From Mobula birostris (Eukaryota): DNA of 64,000 nucleotides. A program made the translations under genes and the position numbers. The DNA lies in assembly GCF_030028105.1 (NCBI RefSeq), contig NC_092395.1, positions 33,014,424-33,078,423 of the forward strand, in the 5' to 3' direction. Shown here piece by piece: positions 37,239-50,888 of this stretch. The stretch's first letter is position 1. Each line of letters opens with the position of its first letter. The notes under the pieces were generated by a model. It had not been told where the DNA came from. It worked only from the letters and a program-made list of their open reading frames with translations, and did no database searches.

Positions 37239-39079
37239 TGTCTGAGACTTACATAGGATATTGTTTTTCATTTTAGAATGAGCTTCATCAAGCTTTATTT
37301 CAGCTAACAGTTTATATGGGAACTGGCTAGTCCTGCTATTGATAATCCAACTTTTTGTTTTCTCCACTGATACTGCTAATCTGTTGGGATTTTCAATTAC
37401 TCTTCATCTGTTTCTCCACAGACTTGCTATTTTCAACTTTGTTTTCAGATGTTCAGTATCTACAGAAATTTGCCACAATTAGATGGATATGAAAGTTTAT
37501 TCCTTTTTACCATATATATGTATTTCAGCATGGCTATCCTGTGCCAAATTCCCTTCCACAGTCTTTGCTGTGATTGAGTTCCATGGAACAAACTCTCTTT
37601 GGTTCGATTTGCTGTGCACATCCAGTCTGGAATCCAGCTCTGGAACTGTTCATGCCTAAAATTTTTCTTTCTATCTCATGGCCCTGTCTGCAAGCACAGA
37701 TCACTTATCATGTGATCCGAGGTGATCCACAGCCACGTTTTGCTACCTGGTTTCTTAGTTCAGTGAATGTGTTATCAAGCTCTTAACAAGATTGATCCAA
37801 TTAAGGATCTTTGAGTTAATTAACAATATTTCGGCCTTTTTCACATCAACTCTGCGTGACCACTTCCACATTACCACCACCTTTCCTAGGTTTCTTGTGT
37901 ATGCTAAATCACAAGGTATTCATTCATCATGCATCGTGTTTGGTCCAGCTTTGAATTGAGTTTTAACTTTTTTTAAAAAAAAGCAATCCATTATCACAAT
38001 TTCATCCTTCTAACTTCACAGCGTTGACCTACCTAATTCCAAATTTCACTTTTTTTCAAGCCAAGTAGTTAATTTGAAACTCCACAGCTTGTCTGTCTCT
38101 TGCCCTGCTGACCTACCCGCTCAGTGTGCCAACACTTGGCTTTAAAATCTCCTTTGTCAATGTCAGATACTGAGCCTTCCAACAAACAACACTGCAAAAT
38201 CAACTCGTCAAAAAGCAGAGTTCAAAATAAAAGGTTTAAAATATATGATACATCAAATTGAGAGGGTTGAAGACACTGCTGCTTATACATTTTAAGCTGG
38301 TGCAGTAATTACTGTAGGTTATCCAACAATTCTCATTTATGTCTCTAATGTTATTATTAGCTGTGCCAAGCACTACCTCATTGCTGATTCTGCAGCAAAG
38401 CCCCAGCAAATTGGTCATATTGTCTGTTTTGTCAATTTCCAGAACAGCAAAGTTAGAAAATGTTATGCATTTTGATTTGATTGAAATACTGCAACTTAAA
38501 ATTTAACATTAGAGTTTTAGTTTCCATATCAAGTATCAAAAGTGATTGGTGTCAAGAAACATCACTGCTTAATTGGATTTACATTATGTAAATTATTTGG
38601 TATACTTTATACCATGGTTTCCTACAAACATATTTGATTTTAAACAAAAATTGATTAAAAATAAAATAGAAACTTCCATTTAGAATTTAATGTTTCAGAA
38701 GGAGGCAAGTTCACATGTGTTTGTAAAATTGGCCAGTTGTACTCTGAGGTAATTCCTAGACTATAGATCAATATATTCCCTCTGATTTCATGTTTACTGT
38801 ATCTCCAAGACTGTCTACTTCCATCTCCTTACTATCATAATACTGCTACTACTAGACAATTTCCCTGGCCAGCTTTTCTACATAAATCTCCAAATGATTG
38901 TCTACATCTAAAATTCGCAACACATCTGAATTTCTGAGCACTTTAGCCTCCCATGTCCTGATTTAAAATTTACATATGTCTTCATATACTCCATTGACTC
39001 TTCTCCAGACTTGCTTCAACTCTGGTCTACTGCGCATTCCAAATTTTTATTGCTGGCTGGTTGGTAGCTAATGTTAACT

Positions 39080-39540
39080 TGGAGATCACCAAGCAGTAGT
39101 AAAGGCAGACAGTATTTTGATGCAAGAAGATTTGATTACAAGAGTAGTGATGTATTGCTCCAATTAGGTACAGCCATAACGAGACTGCATTTGAAGTATT
39201 TAGGTCCAATTTCCTTGATGTAGAATATACTTACAGTAAACCCACCACCTTGTTTTTTTCAGGGGAGCTTGGTTTATTGTATGAGGAAAGGTTAAGTAGA
39301 CACCAGCAAAATATTGTATGTTCAACATTTTTAAGTGGTTTGATGAGTTGAGAACCCTAGGAATAGTAAATTGTTAATACTATTACATAAGAGGACTGTG
39401 GAGGTTTGTTTGTTAATGTAATGAAGACACAGAATGATAGACTTTTAAATATTAAGGGAGTCGAGGAATATGGGATAGCGCAGTAAGTTGGCACCTAAGT
39501 GAAAGAGGAATCACAATCTGATTGAATGGCCCATTCCTGC
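39080..39540 (+). mobile_element. Old CR1 fragment
   Basis: ttacaagagtagtgatgtattgctccaatt...atgaggaaaggttaagtag...ttaagggagtcgaggaatatggg...attgaatggcccattcctgc. Confidence 0.6.
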
Positions 39541-40924
39541 TTAAATTGTTACTATCTTGTGTGTCATACAAGAGCATCTGCTTACACTGTAAGTGCTAGA
39601 GTTCCCTGCCACAGTTGGTGCATTTCTCCCTGTTTCATTTTGTCAATCCTGTAGAGCAGTATGTACCTTGAGTAATAATTTTTTGGTTAATGACTGGAAT
39701 TCATAGTGCAGTGCATCATTGCAAGTGAATAAAACACATACACAAGTTAAATGTTTTAGCTCCTTACATTTAATTTAATTTTTGAAAGCTTATAGGTTTT
39801 GAAAGAAGAATAAAATTAATAGTTTGTTTGCTGCTTTGGAGAAAGGAGTTAGTTGCTTACATTAATTTCTTTTATATCCGTTTAATGGCTGAATTTTCAT
39901 GCTTTGGAGCACCCTGAGGCTGTAAATCTCAAGATATAAATGTTATTTCTTAATGGGACAAAGGTGACAATGTCTACATTTCTATCATGATAAGAATTCT
40001 AGTTGTGGAACTCCTACCTATAGAGTATTCACTGATGGATTTTAGTAAGCTGATGTCTTGGAACACGAGAACATCATAGAGGCGTTGAAAATTGGCAGAG
40101 AAAATATTAATTTAATGACCTGCAAAGATGTAAATCTCTACACATTTTTAGTCCTTGCCTTCTGTACTTTTTAGCTGAATATGTTACAGGGGCAATACAA
40201 TTGACCTCACGTCATATGTATTGGAGAAAACAGCCAAAATACACAGCATTTGATCACCATTTATTAACCTGCTGGGATGTGTTCATTTACATTATTGGTT
40301 AACGACCTTTTATCCACAGTCCTCCACAATCCTCGAGCCTGGCATCAGGATGTTTTAGGTTAACAAATGGTAATGACCACTTGAGCAAGTTCCTGGTGGC
40401 AGAGGGCTGTTCCCATGGGACAATATCCCAAAAATAGCTAGTGGACTGGGAAATTAAAGAAAATGGATCCTGGTCACCCATTGATCAGAGTAGGACTTCA
40501 AATATTGTACTTGGAATCCATGTTGTTGTGTTTGTCCTGTCGTGGTTCACAATTTAAATGAATATCTAGTTCATTGTGAATCCAATACCTGCTGTAATCT
40601 TGTGTCACAGGTTGTAAAGTGCAATCTGACAGACATACAGACACTAATTTATCTTTCTGCTTCACCCATTAATTGCATAGGTTATATGAAGCATATCTTA
40701 TTGTTATGGTATTACTGGTTGAAAAGGGTAAATGAACAGTAACCATTACACTATAACAAATTCTGCCTCGTTTTGAGGTTTGTACATTTTGCCCTCACAG
40801 AATAAGGGGAGGTTTGAACTCCAATATATTGAATTTGTATTCCTTAACTTATTACAGCAGTTTTGATGACAATGCAACTCTGCTGAATGTTACAGACTAA
40901 TCCCCTGCCTTATCGCGTTTGGTA

Positions 40925-41448
40925 TTGTTGATGGGTGTATGGGGTGTCAGGGAGTGGTAGCACTTCTGGTGGGGGAATATGTCACGTCCTTCTTAGGGCG
41001 GTTTGTCCACCTTTGACCCCCACCTGGAACTCAGCTCTCACCTGTTGCTCCCCGTAACTGTTTGCACGTGACCGCGCCCATACCCTGGGCAACCTCTTTG
41101 ACAAGTCGGCTAAACCAGGTGAGGGTAGCCGACGGGTCTCAAACCCTCAGTGAGATAGGGTGTTGCCTATCCCAGCATGTGAAGACAGACTGCGGCGGAT
41201 TGAGCGGATGAGACCAATGGAAGGTCCAACGGTCAAGAAGGCGGTCTCTGCAAGTGTCGTGGAACGTATAGAGCAGGACAAGACACAGAAGACATCCTGG
41301 TCATCCACTGCGCCTAGTCCCATCTGCAGCCATCTCGGCTCTTGTCTTGCCACTGGATCCAGATGGGAATTGGGAAGAGAGAGTGAGGCTGACGCTGCGC
41401 AACTCTCCCTCACTTAAATCCAAATCATGTGCTAGTCTCGACACCATC
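40925..41448 (+). mobile_element. Non-autonomous RTE-derived element (5' UTR-like region plus short 3' end)
   Basis: GC/CpG-rich block resembling fish RTE/Expander 5' UTRs as I recall them (ctcagctctcacctg...ggctaaaccaggtgagggtagcc). No RT ORF. Confidence 0.6.
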
Positions 41449-41449
41449 A

Positions 41450-41600
41450 GCCGGCTGGTGGCACAGTGACATCAGCGCCGGACTCCGGAAGCGAAGGTCC
41501 CCGAGTTCGAATCTAGTCGAGCTGCTCCCGGGCATGCTTTCCATCCATGCCGGGTTGAGTGTCGAGCTAGCAACTTGACCTCGTAAGAAGTACTAATGGT
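41450..41600 (+). mobile_element. tRNA-headed SINE with RTE-like segment
   Basis: A box TGGCACAGTGA (41459) and B box GAGTTCGAATC (41503), then gggttgagtgtcgagctagcaacttgacctcgtaa. Confidence 0.7.
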
Positions 41601-42910
41601 GTTCAGGTCTTCATCGATGACGATGGACGAACCTTATTGTTGATGTACTTTTAATTCTATCGCATCCTCTCTAATTCATTAATATACAGGCACTTCCTCC
41701 ACCCCCATATGGACACATTGAGTTCAATAAGCATTAATTGGCATTTTGCAAATGTCATCATAATCAAGTTTTGATGCATCTACGCATTATCACTTTCTAG
41801 GAGGGACAGTAATCAGAGCAGCCGTTTGGACAAATGTTTCTTTCCCTTCCCTTGCCTAGGGTTTTCTCCTGAGGCAAATGTAGACTCTCTCTTTCCTCCC
41901 TGTTGGCATCTGTGGTGCAAGTGAGATTCAGGCACAGAAACAGATTTGCTTTTATTGAAAAAAAATGCTTTCAATAGCATGGATGTTTCCCTGTAACAGT
42001 ACACCCAGCAATTCTGTAAAATGGAATGAGAGAATTGTCAACTTCAACCATAAAATGTATGCATGTGTAACATTACAGATGTTGCCCTCCCTGGAAGAGC
42101 ATTTTGAGATGCAGTATTTGTGGCTGTATATCTCACTAGTGTTGACAGTAAGTAGGCTAGTTTTGAGAAATAAACAAGAAACATCCAGTATTATGTCAAA
42201 ATTTCTCCCCCTGCATCCACTTCCTCTAACAAAAAAACCTACTCTACTTCTAGATTAATGCCACCACATTTAGAATTAACCTAATAGCACAACTGCTAAT
42301 GCTTCATGCAGTTGACTTTCCCTCTTTTTTATTGAAATTCTATAGAGTGCAGCAATGAAGACAACACTTAACTGTAGCTTGATGGTCGCATATGTTTAAG
42401 TAGCACTTAGTAAGTAGACTCATAAGTATGGAATGCCATTTATGTTACAGAAATTTTTCTTTGTGATCTGTGATTATGGATTACAAGGAGCTGGAAAGGG
42501 ATGGAAAGAAGACTACACTTATAACCAATTCCAGTATATTTTTTCTGACATGACCGGACATCGATTAATGCCGAACAGAACTATTGAACATTAATAGTAT
42601 AAAGCTGATAATATTTATATTTCAATAGTTAAGTTTTAATATCTCCTTTAGTGATAGAATAGTAAATACATTTTAAAATCAATAGCAGACAATTCAGAGT
42701 AATAGTTAATTTGTGCCTGAAATTCTTTGCCTCCCCACTCATTGACTATCTTTCTCTCCATATTTTTCAGATAGACCTTAATAGATAGACTGAAAAGTAT
42801 CCTCAAAAAGTAATCAACGTGCACTGATTTTAAGTAATTGCAAGTTTCTAAGCGAGCTTATTTGAAATTTTATAAGATACAGGTGCAAAAATCTATTGAT
42901 GACATTGAAA

Positions 42911-43165
42911 CAGGCACAGTAGTGTAGCGTTAGTGTAAGCTACTACTGCACAAGTGACATGGGTTCAATTCCTGCTGCTGTCTGTAAGGACTTTGTATGT
43001 TCTCCCCATGACCATGTATGTTTCCTTCAGATGATCGAGTTTCCTCCCATATTCCGAAGACATAGAGTTTGTTGGTTAATTTATCATATGGGTGTAATTA
43101 AGTGGCACAGTGTCATTGGGCTGGAAGAGCCTTTTGCCATGTCGTATCTCTAATTAAAATAAATA
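42911..43165 (+). mobile_element. V-SINE/HE1-like SINE, near full length
   Basis: ggcacagtagtgtagc head, gggttcaattcc B box, V-domain-like core tttgtatgttctccccatgacc, CR1-like tail gggctggaagagcc...tatctctaa. Confidence 0.88.
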
Positions 43166-44079
43166 AACTTTATATTTATGCACCAAGATTACGAAAAAGC
43201 AGAATGTGGTTTCTTTCTTTCCCTGGCATTTCACCAGGATTCAAATAGACTCCACTGGGATTTAAATTTCATCCAAGAGCAGTTGCTAGGGAAGGATAAT
43301 GACATGTATCCTACTTGGCAGGAAGTGGAGTGGGTTTTAACAATTTAGATAAATGCATTGTTTGATGTTAAGTGATGGCTTTTTGCTATTTTCTACTTCA
43401 AGTTCTGTCCATCCAAAGTAATTTTTCTCCCCTCTGTAGATTTTTCTTTGCTATAACTTCACAGTGGTTGGCAACCCTCCAGGAGTTTATCCAATTTAAC
43501 AGTTTTCAAGTGTGAGCTTTTTGGGTGAAGAATCAACATGTGAGATCCTGTTCTTCTGTGTGTGATGACTCCCCCCTGTAGTTTTTCAAGTTTTTTCCTG
43601 TCTGACTTTGGTTTTACTTTCCTGAAACTATGACCCAAAGAGAATAGTAACTTTCTTGCTGCCGCATTGGTTGAGATCTGATAAATTGGAAAAGAGAAAA
43701 TTGAGTTTTATTGTAATGCAAAAAAAATTCTATAGATACAGCCTAAATAATCTTTGCTGCAGAACCTTGTCTTGTTCTATTTATTTCCCATCTCATCACC
43801 TTCCAATATAGCAACTGCTCAATTTAAAAAAAAATTCTTATCCTTGCTCTGGAATCCCTCCAGACCCTTGTCTCCCTATCTCCTTCAGCCCTCCATGGTA
43901 CTTGCAAGCCTCCAAATCTGGTCGTTGAACCTTCCTGAATTTAATCACTTCACCTCTAGCAACTGTGATTTTAGTTGCCAAAGCCCCAAGCATTAGAATC
44001 CCTACCTCAAATCTCTCTTCCCCTCTTTCTCTGAATTTAGAGTGACAAGGATCTTGATTTGTGAGACTTGTCAGTTGAA

Positions 44080-44946
44080 TGTTACCAATCAGATTCATTG
44101 ATTTATCATACATACATTGAAACGTACAGTAAAATGCATTGTTTGCTTTAATAACGAATGCAACCCAAAGGTATGCTGGGAGCATCATGCAAGTGTCGTT
44201 ACACATGTTGCACCAAACTAGTATGTTCATGAGGTTCATCAGAACATCACAAGCAACAACAGCAATAAAAACAAAATAACAAGAGCAAAACAAGTCTTTT
44301 TCCCACCCTTCCACCCACCCACCCATCACACACACAGGCATCCAACCCCAGGACAGGCTGCCTCTGGGTCTCTGATCTCAGTTATTGATCCCGGATTCTC
44401 AGACTCGCAAATATCAGGCCTCTAACCTCCCGTCCATAGCCTGGAGTCTTGACCTCACAATCTTGGGCCATTGGATACACAGACTCAGATGCTTTGACAT
44501 TGAGCCCTTGACCTTGGTGACTTTGGTCTTTGACCTCCTGTATTGACCCCAGGACTAATGGATCATGAGACTTTGAATTCTGTGCTAAGACCTCCTCGAA
44601 TTTCCAACCCCGGGACTCGCTGCCCCAGGGGTGGGGGGGGGGGGGGAGGTGGATCTTCAGGCCTCATTCTTGGGGCCCACTGACCACAATCCTTGACCAC
44701 GGGGATTGCTGGATTTTATCCTCTGCCTGCCGACCCATTCCCAAGAGATTGCTAACCTTTGACTATCCTGGAGTACTCCAACCTGGATCCTGACTTCCAT
44801 CTCCTGTCCTTGACTCTTCATTTACTGCTCCTAACCACTAACTCCCCATGCTGTCTCTAAAACTATCCATATGAAATCTAAAACATACAATTAAGTTTGA
44901 GCCATGACCTCAACAAACATCACAGCTTGGTGACATCTTGACCGGT
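44080..44946 (-). mobile_element. Non-autonomous LINE-like element
   Basis: The minus strand starts CCGGTCAAGATGTCACC (compare 17322) and ends with a Rex-type tail ...aatgaatctgatt. No RT coding capacity. Confidence 0.6.
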
Positions 44947-45095
44947 AGATTGGGGGATGGTACAGTGACTCCGAAAGGGACCAGGGACCTTCTCCAACTA
45001 ACTGGAGGAATAGTCTTGAACCATGGTATGCAGCATGCAGTTGTTTAACATAAATATCTCTTCATTGTAACGGCTTCTAATATGAACTAAATTAG

Positions 45096-45742
45096 TCATA
45101 GTCATACTTTACTGATCCTGGGAGAAATTGGTTTTCGTTACAGTTGCACCATAAATAATAAATAGTAATAGAACCATAAATAGTTAAATAGTACTATGTA
45201 AATTATGCCAGTAAATTATGAAATAAGTCCAGGACCAGCCTATCGGCTCAGGGTGTCTGACCCTCCAAGGGAGGAGCTGTAAAGTTTGATGGCCACAGGC
45301 AGGAATGACTTCCTATGACGCTCTGTGCTGCATCTCGGTGGAATGAGTCTCTGGCTGAATGTACTCCTGTGCCCACCCAGTACATTATGTAGTGGATGGG
45401 AGACATTGATCAAGATGGCATGCAACTTAAACAGCATCCTCTTTTCAGACACCACCCTGAGAGAGTCCAGTTCCATCCCCACAACATCACTGGCCTTACG
45501 AATGAGTTTGTTGATTCTGTTGGTGTCTGCTACCCTCAGCCTGCTGCCCCAGCACACAACAGCAAACATGATAGCACTGGCCACCACAGACTCGTAGAAC
45601 ATCCTCAGCATCGTCCAGCAGATGTTAAAGGACCTCAGTCTCCTCAGGAAATAGAGACGGCTCTGACCCTTCTTGTAGACAGCCTCAGTGTTCTTTGACC
45701 AGTCCTGTTTATTGTCAATTCGTATCCCCAGGTATTTGTAAA
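45096..45742 (-). mobile_element. Young 5'-truncated Rex1/Babar LINE of a second family
   Basis: Open frame YKYLGIRIDNKQDWSKNTEAVYKKGQSRLYFLRRLRSFNIC...GHRSTFSQRLIPPRCSTERHRKSFLPVAIKLY; tail (ATGACT)n. Confidence 0.92.
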
Positions 45743-46187
45743 TTTTCATGTATCCTATTTTAAAAAAAAACAATAGCAAGAGATATGCTACGTTCAGAAA
45801 TTAAAGATGCCAGAAACCTTTTAACAGTGTTTTAAGTCGTTAGTTTATGTATAATTTGAGAAGAATTGTTAAATTTATTGAAGGCCAGACATATTAACTG
45901 ATAATTTCCGTACATAAAAAATGCTTTGTAACTCTTCGATTTAAATGTACTTGTATATGTTACAGTGAACAGAACAAGAAAATCTTCATTTAAAGTATAC
46001 AATGAATAAAAAATAAATGAACTTGAAATTTAAACTACCTTCAGCATGTTCCATGCTTTGCTATCTATTACTGTTGAACTATAATTCAGTAGGTAAACAA
46101 TTTGAATGCAAGAAGCAGCATTTGCATTGAATTAGCGTTTCTTTGTTTGGTGGGGGGCATGTGGGTCAGAACACCAGGAGGAATAGT

Positions 46188-46857
46188 TCAATTTAATGTC
46201 AGAGAATGTATATAGCTTACAACCTGAAATCCTTAGTCTTTGCAGACATCCACGAAACTCATTAAAAAAACCCAAAGAATGCATGACAGAAAAACATTAG
46301 AACCACAAAGCCCCCCCTTCCCACGCATAAGCCGTAGGAAAAGCATCAACCCTCCACCCTCTCCCCTCCCCCTCCTCCCATTTGTTCCAGCAAAAGCATC
46401 AACCTCCCCCAACACCCCCCATACAAGCAATAGCAAAGCGCCCAGAGACCATGATCTAGAGTCCATCAGAAACTACTGTCCATCCCAACACTTCAACATC
46501 TCACAGGCAGAGAGGTATCGCTCTTGTCATAAGCGAAAGGAGAGGCCAACTTCTCACCGTTCTGACAATCTGCAACATCTCTTATTCAAGTTCCCTCCCC
46601 CGCCCCCGACTCAAGAATCAGCTGACCCTCTCTCACCATTGAGAGAGAGAGAGATCGATCAAGTGCAGAAGCCTCTCACAGCTGTACCCATTGTCTCGAT
46701 GTTTCAATCTCCTATGAAGCTTCAGTCAGCGACATCGGTGAGGAATTGGATCATCCACAAGGCTGCTCCCCAAAGTCGCAAGTCTTCCAAGCCAGTCCTG
46801 GAGATCCTGAAACCTAGGCTGCTTGGCGAGTTCCGATGTGTGAGAACTCCCCTGTGA
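46188..46857 (-). mobile_element. Non-autonomous LINE-like element sharing its 3' end with 16619-17322
   Basis: tacaacctgaaatccttagtctttgcagacatccacgaaac versus tacaaccctgaaattcttcttctgcagatagccacaaaac at 16656. Confidence 0.55.
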
Positions 46858-48199
46858 AGAGTGTAGTTTGAGCGCAACTGTATATAATGGACTCAGACAG
46901 AACCCCAGCCACCTTGAAAAGGGAGAAAGAGACATAAGAACAGGAGATTTAAACTGTTTCACGGATGAACTGGAAGAAGTCATCCAGTTCTGCAAAAACC
47001 TCTGTCACTTCTCTTCAAGTAATGGCAAAAATTTTGTTGTTTGCCATTTTAAGCAGATAAGCCTTTGGTTTAGTTCCTTATTTTAAAAAAATGTCAGGAA
47101 GAGAAACGATGCATTGTTCCCTCAGTACTGCATTAAACTCTCATTTTGAATTATGTGCTACAACATTGCAGATTTGAGTCATAAGTGAAAAAGAGTAAAG
47201 CAGGCTAATATACAATATTGAAGTATGCAGTCATGTGATTCCAGCAGGAGAACTGACTCCAGAGCTATATGGATGTGTAACATCTTGTCCTTTCTTACCC
47301 TCTAGTTTACCTTCATGTGGAAAATTTCTCCAATACTGTTCTTCATGCTCAAAATCAATCTCAAATTAATGACTCTCTTACCGATAACTTTCCAACCAGA
47401 CAAAATGGTTCCTTATTCACAATCAAGATATTTCATAATATTGAGAATCTTTATTAAATTGCTTGGTATTCTCTGCTCCATTGGAAATAATCCCAGTACC
47501 TCATACCTGTGGATTTCTCATAACTATTGATTCTAATTTTTGGCAGCAACTGGCTGATTATGCGTACGTTGTACATTCTCCAGGATTTAGTGTCCTTTTT
47601 ATAATATAGCCCACAAATTTGTACACAGATGTTTAATTCTCATGTAACCATTACTTTACATCAACACTTCCCTATTCTGTAATAAATTGGGTGAAGTTAG
47701 AAAACTGGCAAGAGATAAATTGTGTCAATTGTGTCTTGGGAGTTTGTGCTCGTGGGGATGGGGCAAATATGGGGTAATGCCATCACCTATAACTGAGCAA
47801 GAAGGTAAAATAATAAGCCTCATGGAATCTGTGCTACAAAGTAGCTGGTTTTTCAACTATAATGAAATGTTCAACTGAATTCTTTAAAAATTACCTGCAA
47901 AAGTGGTTCACATCACAAATGGCTTTTTCAATGCACGCCATATAGCTAGAGATCCCAATGAAGCCTGTATTCTAAAACAAGTCAGTGCCTTCAGAAAAGG
48001 AAAGAAAGTACAAGCAACCAATTTATAAAATGTTAGTTGGTGAGAAATTTTCCTGTATAATGAGTACATCAGAAGCCCTCAGCAGGTTGCTTATATACTG
48101 GACTCTCTTAGATTTTAAGAACTAGACAAAATTCCATTTCTATGAGGCTTATTAATAAAGTTTGTATCTAAAGACATACTTTAGTGAGATTGATTCCCA

Positions 48200-48430
48200 T
48201 CACAATAGCCCATCAGTTAAAGATGCTGCCTCACAGTTCCAGCCACCTGGGTTTGATCTTGACCCAGGGTGCTGTAGACATGGTATTTGCATGTTCTCCT
48301 TACAACCTCAGGTGGGTTTCTCAAGGTGCTCTGGTTTCCTCCCACATTTAAGGCACTGGGAATCTAAGACAAGCTGACAAATTGGATACAGAATTGGCTT
48401 GGTTATAAGAGTCAAAGGATAGAGTTGGAA
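48200..48430 (+). mobile_element. Degenerate V-SINE-like SINE
   Basis: ctgcctcacagttccagccacctgggtttgatcttgacc...tttgcatgttctcc...ggtgctctggtttcctcccaca. Confidence 0.75.
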
Positions 48431-49249
48431 GTGTTATATGAAAGAAGAGTTTGCAGAGAAATACTGTATGTTGTGAGATGGAGCTGATGGGAATGTTCAG
48501 AGCTGGCAGACTCATTGTGTTGGGTCACCTCTTTCCACATCATAAAGAAAGTATTGGTAGCCAAAGTATTGCATTTTGTGTTGTAAGAACTCTGTATCCT
48601 TTGGGTTTGTTGGAAGTTTTGTTAGAAACTTTTCTATCTGTCTCAATCTTTCAGAATCTTTTCCTGTTATATAAATATTGCTAGGATCATTACTGCTCTG
48701 AACTTTCCCCTTTCATTCTTTCTAATTTCTCATTGCCAGCATGCATTTCCTCATTTCTTGAAATCAAAATTTATTGCACTTTCAATTGCAAATCATTCAT
48801 TTGCCTCATCTCACTCTGAAATACTGTTCCCAAGTATACTCTTTCTTTTGGATACTGTTCTGTGTGCAGCCTCTTCTTTGGATAAAGACAAAGGTTAGAT
48901 TCTTCGATATCAGTAGATTGATCATAATGTGATTTCATTAATTATGTAAACTCACTTAGCCCCTCTTCCCTCCCAAACGCTTCAGTCTAAGTACCATTAG
49001 GTTTGAACAGCATTGCAGTATGACTTAATTTAAAATATGAAATATCTGTTTGCTGAGGGAAAATAATAATATCTACAATATTCAGACAACATAGAATAGA
49101 TTTTCTTGTGTCTGAATAAGTAATTAATGGACTAGGTGAGTTTTGCTTTAGTGTTGCTTCTTTTGCTGGGAGTAATTATTGCTTTTTTTTGGGAGGGGGA
49201 AAAAGCATTTATGATTTTGTTCTAAGTTTCTTTTTCTGTCTCTTATTAG

Positions 49250-49318
49250 GAGGCTCAGGAAAGCTACCTGGAAAAATCTGAACAGTTGTATTCTGTTATG
49301 TGTGCTGCTGTTGATAAG
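49250..49318 (+). CDS. WDR18: WDR18 coding exon (probably equivalent to human exon 9), 69 nt; missed by the ORF track
   Basis: Acceptor tttctttttctgtctcttattag|GAG, donor AAG|gtttgt, phase 0/0. EAQESYLEKSEQLYSVMCAAVDK aligns with the WDR18 segment recalled as GSEPSYLDRTEQLQAVLCSTMEK. Confidence 0.9.
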
Positions 49319-50649
49319 GTTTGTCTCACTTTAATAGATTCCTTGTCAAATGTAGTTTAAACTCCATATAAGATTCTGCTTCCAATGATTTTCTGCAAAA
49401 TGAGTTTTCTCAGTATGAATCCATTTGCTATCAAGTGGGCCCACTGTGCAAAACAATGGCACACTATTCAAAGAGAAGAACAACAGCCTGGCTTCCATGG
49501 TCAACAGAGAAGCATATGCACAGGAGATGGCACCTGTTCAAGATTGCCTCCCAGATGTACTTTCCTAAAAGTTGTGTCAATTAGCACCTGCTTCTTCGCA
49601 ACTAAGCGTGAGATACTTGGAATAGGTCATTTCAGGGTGAAATCGTAACTATAGCAAATTGGATTGGATTATACAGTACCAAAAGTGTAATATTACTACC
49701 TGCACCCTCTTCCATCTTAAACTGAAACTTACATGTTGCCCATGGAAGCCAGGCTGACGTTTGTCTCATTGCGATGTTGTTTGCAGAGTGAGATCATGTA
49801 TGGCAGGTAATAAATTAAAGGCTGATTATTGATGGTCTAAAGAATACTGAGTTTTCAGATATCTTGAGCATTATGAACAGAAGCTGGTAGATTACTGTTG
49901 CAGCAGATCATGGTTAAAATGAAGATCTTTGAATGAACATTTCAATGAACTTAGATTCTTTTTGTCTCTACTCATCATCCCTTGTCTCTAGGTAGCTTGG
50001 AACCATTTATCGAATTAGAGCAGCTGATTGTGGGACGTTGGACACACAGATAGATTGTTCTCCCCTGCATTTTCCTTTACCTCCATGGCTGTGCTTTATG
50101 TTACTGATTGGTAACTGTTAGGCATTTTTTAAAACCTCTGAGGAGCCCACTCACAGGTCGACGAAGCAACAGCCTGGCAGATGGAGCTTTACATTCAGTT
50201 TCTATCAGGAGCTAGGAAACTGCTGTTTCTTTTGAGGAAGAGAACACAATACTGTCCCAGAGTGTTTTTTAATCTAGGGATGTATTAGACATGGGGTGTA
50301 ACAAGCTGGTACTAGCATGGCCTGCATCAGTGTTTTAACACAAATGGTTGCAGTGCATTTTCCACACAATTGTTCGGACCAAGAAAGAGCTTTCAGCATC
50401 TAAATTTGTTTCAAGTAACATAGCATAATATTAGTGTGTTACATAGAGGATACTATAACTTGCTCTGACAATGGCTGTATAAACTGAGAAGGTATTTCTT
50501 TTTAGAGGAATATCATTCCTTATCTCAATTAATACAAAATATAAACTTTACTGTTATGGAGATACTTCACAGAAACACGCTCTCCTGCGCATTGACTCTG
50601 CCAGTTATCACCCATCCACTTAGCATAATTCAATGCTGATACCGTTCTA

Positions 50650-50888
50650 TTCTCCCCACATATTTTCATCTACTCTGTCCAGGCCCTATCACTCACCTAC
50701 ATCAAGGACAATGTTCAGTGGCCAATTATTAAACCACCCCGTAAGCTGTGGGATGTTAGATGTGGGAAGAAATCAGAGCTCCCTTAGCTGAGCATATAAA
50801 GTCCCCACGGACAGCACCCGGGGTCTGGAATGAGGTTAGTTCCCAGATGTTGAGGCATTGGCATTACTAGCTATGCCACTGTGCTGTT
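50650..50888 (-). mobile_element. Degenerate SINE
   Basis: Reverse SINE features: tgtgggaagaaatcagagc, ccccacggacagcacccgg, ctagctatgccactgtgctg. Confidence 0.7.

Noticed and set aside
41461-41520. tRNA gene
   Set aside because: A and B boxes are present, but no cloverleaf or acceptor stem closes and it continues into SINE body sequence.
43838-44341. 167-aa minus-strand ORF
   Set aside because: Spans a repeat tail and unique DNA; no protein-like features.
46240-46857. 205-aa proline/serine-rich ORF
   Set aside because: Antisense to a non-autonomous repeat, low complexity and without a recognisable domain.
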